Positions 57,558 to 64,000 of a stretch of DNA of 64,000 nt are shown piece after piece. Where the stretch lies: assembly GCA_903847095.1 (NCBI GenBank), contig CAINCQ010000041.1, forward strand, positions 8,292 to 72,291, given 5' to 3'. Position 1 is the stretch's first letter, and the number at the start of each line of letters is the position of its first letter. Source of the DNA: an uncultured bacterium. Lineage in GTDB: Bacteria; Patescibacteriota; Minisyncoccia; Minisyncoccales; UBA5738. Below the pieces are notes generated by a model that was not told the DNA's origin, made no database searches, and saw only the letters and a program-made list of their open reading frames with translations. The position numbers and the translations under genes were made by a program.

Positions 57558-57785
57558 ATGTTCGCTACGCTAAAAACCCGGTGGAAGTTTAGGAACGGTA
57601 AAGATCGCAGTTTCGTTTATCGGGAAGCAGGAAGATATGAGATTGAGCGCAAACCAAATCCGGTATTCGCCGATAAAGGACGCTGGCTGGTTTTTAAGGG
57701 AACAGAAATCGGAGCGGCCGAAGGCTGGTGGCGAGAATGGGCTGGGCCCGAATGGGATGAAATGCAAATAATCATTGAGGAGTAA
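57558..57785 (+). CDS. Small Trp-rich hypothetical protein
   Basis: TTGACA(57509)-17-TATTGT promoter; AAGGAGG SD; hairpin with T-tract after the stop. Confidence 0.75.
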   Translation: MFATLKTRWKFRNGKDRSFVYREAGRYEIERKPNPVFADKGRWLVFKGTEIGAAEGWWREWAGPEWDEMQIIIEE

Positions 57786-57850
57786 TTTTTCCGTCGGCTA
57801 ATCCGGCGGTCTTTTTTTAAATCGCGCTTAAGAAAAAAAGCGATGCATGA

Positions 57851-59722
57851 TTACTTTTTGACCGGTATTTCAATCCGCGAAAGGTTATTCTCTTTGACGA
57901 AGCCGTTAATAACCTTTAAAAATATTTTTCCGAATTGTTTCAGTTTCATCGCGCCCACGCCGTTGATGCGCGCGAAATCTTTTTCGGAGCCCGGAAAGTA
58001 ATGGGCCATTTCCTGAAGCGATACATTGCTGAAGATCACAAAGGGGGGCACATTGGCCTTATCGGCCAGCTCCTTTCGTAGAACCCTTAATCCGTCGAAT
58101 AATTCCTGATTGTATGTAAGTCCGCCCTTCTTGATCTTTACTTCGATGATTTGGGAGATCTTTTCTTCGGCGTCGAGTTTGGGCATTTCGAGTCCTTCGT
58201 TTCCCTGGAGAAAAACCATGCCTTTTTTCGTCGCCGATAACACCGGATAACGTCCTTCGCTCTTCGATAAATAATCCAGATTGATCAAGTGGTTGATAAC
58301 CTGCGAAAGTTCGTCTGCCGAAAGATCGGAAACGATCCCGAATACCGGAAGACGGTCGTGTCCGTAACCCGAAATCTTTTTGATCTTTTTTCCCAGCAAG
58401 ACCTCGATCACGTAATTTTTTCCGAAGCGGTTTTCAAGCAACACTGTCGCGGCTATGATCTTTCTGGCGGGAATGGCGGCATCGAATTTTAGCGACGTTC
58501 CGCCGTATTCCGGCGTTTGGCCGCCGGCAAAAACTTTTTTCGCGACACAAATATCGCAGCCGCCGCAATTATCCTCTTTTAATTCCTCCCCGAAATACTT
58601 GAGCAGATATTTTTTGCGGCAAGTCGACAGCTGGGCGAAATTCATTACATCGCGTAATTTTTCCCTTGACCGTTCCCGCGATTGGTCATCCTTTATCTGA
58701 TCGATGAAGTATTCGTGTTTCCGGGTATCGGCATAGGTGTAAAAGAGGACACATTCACTGGGAAGCCCGTCCCGGCCGGCGCGGCCGATCTCCTGGTAAT
58801 AACCTTCCAGGGTTTTGGGATAAGTGTAATGTACGACCAGCCTTACGTCCGGCTTGTCGATACCCATGCCGAAAGCGATCGTTGCCACTATGATGTTTGC
58901 CTCGTCTTTTATGAAAAGTTCCTGGGTCGCGCTCCGGTCTTTAGCGCTTAAACCGGCATGGTAGGCTTTCGCTTTGAACCGGTGAGACCGTAATTCGCCG
59001 GCTATTTCCTCGGTTTCCTTTCGCGAGTAGCAATAAATAATTACCGGATCGCGACGGTATTTTTGCAGGAGGTTGAGAAGTTTTTGAAAAGCCTGTTTTT
59101 TTTCGATGACCCTTATGTGCAAATTTTTCCGATTGAAGCTGGAAATGAAAATACGGGCTTTGTCCAGCTGTAATTGGCCGATGATATCATCGCGGACTTT
59201 GTTGGTGGCCGTGGCGGTCAATGCGATCAGCGGTGTTGCGGGAAAAAGCTCTTTCAACAAGCTCAGATGGCGGTAATCCGGCCGGAAATCGTGGCCCCAT
59301 TCGGAAATGCAATGGGCTTCATCGACCGCGATCAGGCTGATCTTCAAGTCTTTTAAAAAACTCTTAAAGGATTCGGAGGCAAACCTCTCGGGCGCCACAT
59401 ACAGAATTTTTACCAGATTACGCTTGGTCCGGCCGTATATTTCGGCGATTTGTTTGGGCGACAAGGAAGAATTTATGAACTCGGCGTTAACACCGCAAGT
59501 CTTTAGCGCATCTACCTGGTCTTTCATCAAGGCGATCAGCGGCGAAACCACCAAAGTCACTCCGTCCAGTTTCAATGCCGGCAGTTGATAGCAAAGCGAC
59601 TTTCCCCCGCCGGTAGGCATTAAAACAAAACAGTCGTTTCCTTTAACGACATGATTGACGATTTCCTCCTGCAGTGGCCGGAATTCGTCATACCCGAAAT
59701 ATTGTTTGAGCAACGCTTTCAT
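57851..59722 (-). CDS. recQ: ATP-dependent DNA helicase RecQ
   Basis: FGY..FRP.Q, MPTGGGKSLCYQLP, DEAHC.SEWGHDFRP, QEIGRAGRDG, Zn/RQC and HRDC domains. Confidence 0.97.
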   Translation of the reverse strand: MKALLKQYFGYDEFRPLQEEIVNHVVKGNDCFVLMPTGGGKSLCYQLPALKLDGVTLVVSPLIALMKDQVDALKTCGVNAEFINSSLSPKQIAEIYGRTKRNLVKILYVAPERFASESFKSFLKDLKISLIAVDEAHCISEWGHDFRPDYRHLSLLKELFPATPLIALTATATNKVRDDIIGQLQLDKARIFISSFNRKNLHIRVIEKKQAFQKLLNLLQKYRRDPVIIYCYSRKETEEIAGELRSHRFKAKAYHAGLSAKDRSATQELFIKDEANIIVATIAFGMGIDKPDVRLVVHYTYPKTLEGYYQEIGRAGRDGLPSECVLFYTYADTRKHEYFIDQIKDDQSRERSREKLRDVMNFAQLSTCRKKYLLKYFGEELKEDNCGGCDICVAKKVFAGGQTPEYGGTSLKFDAAIPARKIIAATVLLENRFGKNYVIEVLLGKKIKKISGYGHDRLPVFGIVSDLSADELSQVINHLINLDYLSKSEGRYPVLSATKKGMVFLQGNEGLEMPKLDAEEKISQIIEVKIKKGGLTYNQELFDGLRVLRKELADKANVPPFVIFSNVSLQEMAHYFPGSEKDFARINGVGAMKLKQFGKIFLKVINGFVKENNLSRIEIPVKK

Positions 59723-59930
59723 GAGGTATCAAAACAAAACCATAGCTCTAATCTACCCTTTTTAACGTGACCTTTCAATAACCGGCTCCGGGTATTTTGA
59801 AGCTTATTGATCAGTCGCCAAAATACTTCGCAGGTATCTGTCGAGGCATAAATTTTTTTCCGCATCCTGCGAAATACCCTTGGACTAAAAAAACCGGCCT
59901 GTATGGCCGGTTTTTTGGTCCGGAATACCG

Positions 59931-61391
59931 CTAGTAAGATTTTGCGAAAAGAACTCTTTTCGTGGACGGTTTGCCCGATTTGACGCACTGGCCGTTTTCG
60001 GCGGGTTGGTTAAAGGGAATACAGCGGATCGTTGCGCCGGTCTCTTTTTTGATCTGGGCTTCCACGTCTTTCTCGCCCGACCAATGAGCTAACACAAAAT
60101 TGGCCCCTTCGATCGCTTTTACGAAATCATCCCAAGTATCAACGGTTTTGGTTCTCGATTTTTGGTATTCCAGGGCCCGGTCGAAAAGATTAATTTGTAT
60201 TTTCGCCAAAAGATCGGCAATGGTTTTTGCTATATCAATTAAGGGCGCTATGATCTTTTCACCCGTATCCCGGCGAACGAGAACGGCTGAATCGTTAGCG
60301 ATATCCTTAGGGCCCAGTTCGACGCGGATCGGGATACCTTTCTTTTCCCATTCAAAATATTTTTCCCCGGGCCTTATGTCGCGGCTGTCAACAAGTGATC
60401 CGATGCCCTGATTTTTGAGAATCTTATCGATCTCCTTGGCTTTGCCTATTACCGTTTCCTTGTTCTCCGGGGAGGGAGCGATCGTGGTTATTATTACTTG
60501 TATTGAAGCGATTCTTGGGGGTATTACCAGGCCTTTATCGTCGCTATGGGTCATAATAAGCCCACCGATCGTACGGGTGCTCAATCCCCAGCTTGTTTGC
60601 CAGCCGTATTGCGTCGCGCCGTTCTTGTCTAAATATTTTATGTCGAATACTTTCGCGAAATTCTGGCCTAAATTATGCGAAGTGGCAAACTGCAACGCTT
60701 TACCATCCTGCATCATCGCTTCCAATGAATAAGTACACTGGGCTCCGGCGAATTTTTCCGACTCGGATTTCACTCCTAAGATCACCGGGATCGCCATGAT
60801 GTTCTCGGCAAAGTCTTTGTATATTTCGAGCATTTGCCGGGCGTATCGGTCGGCCTCAGCCTCTGTTTCGTGAACGGTATGGCCTTCTTGCCACAGGAAT
60901 TCGACCGTCCTTAAAAAAAGACGGGGGCGCATTTCCCAGCGGACGACATTGGCCCATTGATTGATGAGAAGCGGTAAATCGCGATATGATTTGATCCAAT
61001 TCGAAAAAACGTCATACATGATCGTTTCCGATGTGGGCCGGATGACCAACGGCTCTTCAAGTTTTTTTCCGCCCGCATATGTCACTATTGCCGTTTCGGG
61101 AGCAAATCCCTCGACGTGGTCTTCTTCCTTTTTGAGCAGCTTCTCGGGTATAAATAGCGGGAAATACGCGTTTTGCACTCCCAACTCTTTAAACTTTTCA
61201 TCAAGGATTTTTTGCGTTTTTTCCCATAAAGCATAACCGTGAGGTTTTATGACCATGCATCCTCTTACGGGGCCATACTCGGCCAGATCCGCCGCGGCTA
61301 TGACATCTAAATACCACTGGGAATAGTCGTCTTTCCGAGCGGTTATCTTTTTTTCTGCGAATTTTTCGTTTGGATTTTTTGGCAACATCAT
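59931..61391 (-). CDS. proS: Proline--tRNA ligase (archaeal/eukaryote type)
   Basis: WY.DVI..A.L..Y..VRGC, RPTSET, QWANVVRWE, EFLWQEGHT, SWG.STR, C-terminal FAKSY. Confidence 0.97.
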   Translation of the reverse strand: MMLPKNPNEKFAEKKITARKDDYSQWYLDVIAAADLAEYGPVRGCMVIKPHGYALWEKTQKILDEKFKELGVQNAYFPLFIPEKLLKKEEDHVEGFAPETAIVTYAGGKKLEEPLVIRPTSETIMYDVFSNWIKSYRDLPLLINQWANVVRWEMRPRLFLRTVEFLWQEGHTVHETEAEADRYARQMLEIYKDFAENIMAIPVILGVKSESEKFAGAQCTYSLEAMMQDGKALQFATSHNLGQNFAKVFDIKYLDKNGATQYGWQTSWGLSTRTIGGLIMTHSDDKGLVIPPRIASIQVIITTIAPSPENKETVIGKAKEIDKILKNQGIGSLVDSRDIRPGEKYFEWEKKGIPIRVELGPKDIANDSAVLVRRDTGEKIIAPLIDIAKTIADLLAKIQINLFDRALEYQKSRTKTVDTWDDFVKAIEGANFVLAHWSGEKDVEAQIKKETGATIRCIPFNQPAENGQCVKSGKPSTKRVLFAKSY

Positions 61392-61983
61392 AGTATTCAC
61401 TACAGCCTAAATATTTTCGTGCCGAAAGTTTTGAATTCCGACGCTACGCCGCGGCTTCGCCAAGGCCGCGAGTGATGAATTTGGTTTGTTGTGTCACTCG
61501 GGCGATGCTATTCTACCGTGTTTGTAAGATGAAATTCTCAGCGTAAATATTTGAGCGATGTGTTTAATATTCTTACATAAAAAAAAGTCAAACACAAATT
61601 AATCAATCTAACGATTCCCGTCTTTCGCCGTAGTTAACGGTAAATTAATTTTTTATTGATAACGGGTTCGTTATCGTTGCTTCCGTGCCTTTGGGCCCGG
61701 TGCAGCCAAGTTCAGCGTCCGAGGCACGAATCGAAGATTTTTTCGTATAATAAAGGGCCAAACCTATGTCGGCAATGTTGCAAGGCTTGGCATTTTTCGT
61801 GCGGTAATAACCCATTGAGATCTTGGCAGTTCATCTTTGCCTTTTGACGCATTTTTTTTGAATAAAATTATTCTCCATTCTTTATTCCAACAAAAAAAAC
61901 GATACGACAAATACGATAAAAATCATATTTTAAAAATGACTCCGCGATCGGGGTATTTCGCTAACAAAAAAGGTGACATTAAG

Positions 61984-62568
61984 TCACCTATACTCGAGGT
62001 TAAGCCATTCAACATATCGTAATAGCTCGACGCGAGACGCCACATCTCCTTTTGCTTGATAGGCTCTGATTTTTTCCATATTTTCCTGGAAAAATCCGAG
62101 CTCCGAAACGGCGATGGGATTTGGCACGAAGGCAGGACAGATCACAATATACTTTTTCCTGTCATGCATCAACGCAATCGCCGTCAGTATTACGCGAGCC
62201 ATATGGTAATCAAGCGCCACTATTTGTATTGATTCTAATCCTTGAATTTCTGCCAGCTCCAGAACCCATTGTGCCTGGGTTTTGGTATTAGGGGTATGGG
62301 ATTGAAGAAATAAACCGGCAATCTTGTTTGTTTTTAGCAAAACCCGAATTCTCGGATAACTATATATTTCTTCGTCTTCTCCCCGCGTATTTGCTATATA
62401 AATCTGGTCGCAGCCTATAGCCTTGCAGAGAACGCCAGCTTCCTCGATCAAGTAATTGGCGTTCTGTCCGGTAAAAACCGCAACTGCAGTTTTCCCGGGA
62501 TTAGAAACTGTACGCGGCAGCGATACGCTTGCCAACATCAAGGCCCAAGCCTCGGCTTCCGATATCAC
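61984..62568 (-). CDS. DUF218 (YdcF/ElyC/SanA)-like protein
   Basis: PNTKTQA....G..SI.IV..DYHMAR resembles S.NT.ENA...VTS.YH..R; promoter TTGATA-17-TATAAT. Confidence 0.6.
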   Translation of the reverse strand: MISEAEAWALMLASVSLPRTVSNPGKTAVAVFTGQNANYLIEEAGVLCKAIGCDQIYIANTRGEDEEIYSYPRIRVLLKTNKIAGLFLQSHTPNTKTQAQWVLELAEIQGLESIQIVALDYHMARVILTAIALMHDRKKYIVICPAFVPNPIAVSELGFFQENMEKIRAYQAKGDVASRVELLRYVEWLNLEYR

Positions 62569-62699
62569 TCAAGTCACTCTCCGATATTCTTGAATTTATT
62601 ATAACATAGCTATTCAATTTTATCAACCTAGCGTCAAAAACGTTGACTTTTAAAAGAAAGCAAATATGATAATGTCAGAAATCTTTAAAAGGTGGTTTG

Positions 62700-63341
62700 A
62701 TGCAAATTTGTCCGGTATGCAACGAGAAACTAGACGACGAGGCGAAATTTTGCCTGGAATGCGGTTTCAAAATGGAGGACGCCAAAGAGACTCCAAAACC
62801 CCAAAAGGTTGAAAAATACTCGAAGGCCCAGCGGTTATCGGTCTTTTGGCTGCTTAACCTTGCCACATTCAATCTTTATACAAGCTGGTGGATCTATAGG
62901 AAATCGGCTCAAATGAACGAAGCCGGGATTCCCACAAGACCATTTCTGAGGCTTGTCGGTACCGGATTTCCCGTTGCGTCGCTATGGTGCGTTTACTTAA
63001 CTCTTCGCGATGCCAAAAAATTGGTCGAGAACGGGGAAATAAAATCCGTCTATGATTCCGCCGCAGAATTGGCAATCGTTTACTGTATTTTGAACGGACT
63101 CTTTCTTTTGGCAAGTTTTTGGGTAAGAGGAATTCCCGGCCTTGTGTTGTCTATCGCGTCAGTACTCGTTTTGACCTATCTTATGAGCAAGGCTCAAGAG
63201 AATTTAAATCGGTATTGGCAAATGAAACAACCCGACCTTCCGATAAGAGGATTGAACGCTCTCGAAGGAATCATAATCCTAATTGGAGGGCTGGTATATC
63301 TTGGAATATGCACCGAAGTGATTTCTTACCTGTTCCAGTAG
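62700..63341 (+). CDS. Zinc-ribbon plus DUF4234-like membrane protein
   Basis: CPVC...AKFC.ECG; L.TF.LY..WWIY; Q..LN.YW. Confidence 0.75.
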   Translation: MQICPVCNEKLDDEAKFCLECGFKMEDAKETPKPQKVEKYSKAQRLSVFWLLNLATFNLYTSWWIYRKSAQMNEAGIPTRPFLRLVGTGFPVASLWCVYLTLRDAKKLVENGEIKSVYDSAAELAIVYCILNGLFLLASFWVRGIPGLVLSIASVLVLTYLMSKAQENLNRYWQMKQPDLPIRGLNALEGIIILIGGLVYLGICTEVISYLFQ

Positions 63342-64000
63342 GATATGCGCGGAAGATCCTTTTTTTATGGCCCCAGGTTTTAAAGGGATTTTTCTACGGT
63401 GGACTGAGCGACCGGTCCCGATCAAAAAGCCTGTGAGCAAGAATAATTCTTGCTCCTTTTTATATTTTTTATTTCCGATAAAAACAATCTTTAAATAACC
63501 GATCGAAAATTGAAGATTTGGACTTTGTATGGTTTAATAACGGTATGAATAGACAAAACCCAATAGACAAGAAAAAGCTTTTGAGTGAGTCGACCCATCT
63601 TACCCGTCCGCCGCGGCTTGAGGGTGTGGTAAAGAATAAAATGATGAATCCAACCCAAAAGAAAAAAAAATCGAAATCGGAAGAAGACGGCAAGAAATAA
63701 TTTCACCAAAGCCAAGGGTCGAACCCAGGCGAGCGGTTTAAATAAAAGTTATTCCAATATTTTGCTCTGTCTACACAAAAACCATCAAAAAATGATGGTT
63801 TTTGTTTAAAACATTCGGCGGCCGCGAAGCATGGAAGAGTGTTGCTTTAGACGGCCTAATTTTACCGAAAATCCAATATGGTCCGCGAATTATGAACCCT
63901 GACGCCAAAAAGCGTTTTTGCGTTTTTAGGCGCGGCACCCAAAAAAAAGAAAGACCGGGTTGGCCGTCTTTCCTTCTATTTTACATCTAAACTGTGGCCA

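Noticed and set aside
61401..61980. T-box, SRP RNA or small Cys-rich ORF upstream of proS
   Set aside because: No T-box or SRP helix-8 consensus is visible; hairpins and short ORFs exist but lack SD or other support.
63702..63736. tRNA T-arm-like GGGTTCGACCC on the minus strand
   Set aside because: The stem depends on G-U pairs, and no acceptor, D or anticodon arms can be built.
1..64000. Alternative genetic code 25 (UGA=Gly)
   Set aside because: Conserved genes are full length under code 11 and several end at TGA.
63345..64000. Small ORFs (63518-63700, 63802-63990) and a hairpin-plus-terminator at about 63374-63460
   Set aside because: No motifs or clear SD/promoter; too little evidence to call a gene or sRNA.

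Overview
Bacterial chromosomal window read in genetic code 11 (TGA is used as a stop). Gene content points to Patescibacteria/CPR, probably Parcubacteria: short RarA, archaeal/eukaryote-type ProRS, SD-less A-rich starts on core genes, many orphan membrane proteins and a type IV pilin. This taxonomy is an inference. From the left, the window holds (1) a defence cluster: partial Shedu-like ORF, dinD, hsdM, single-TRD hsdS and a Phd/YefM-RelE toxin-antitoxin pair; (2) housekeeping genes uppS, rpmA, pyrG, rplI, ctpA, sod and xseAB; (3) a ~16.5 kb surface-glycan locus with Wzm/Wzt, glycosyltransferases, an FnlA/RmlD-like/WecB trio and a Wzy_C-TPR protein; (4) pilin, rarA, M23 peptidase, nucleases, DEAD helicase, beta-CASP protein, recQ and proS. 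Interspersed are about 20 orphan genes, most with their own sigma70 promoter and Shine-Dalgarno site and often a terminator. The best novel signal is a complete leader-peptide transcription attenuator with Cys-Leu-Cys-Cys control codons (15394-15601) upstream of an uncharacterised 323-aa protein. Three orphan genes also appear to start at ACG, and several orphans look like enzyme homologues that lost their catalytic residues. I recognised no rRNA, tRNA, CRISPR array, transposase or reverse transcriptase. All family calls come from motif recognition, not database searches.
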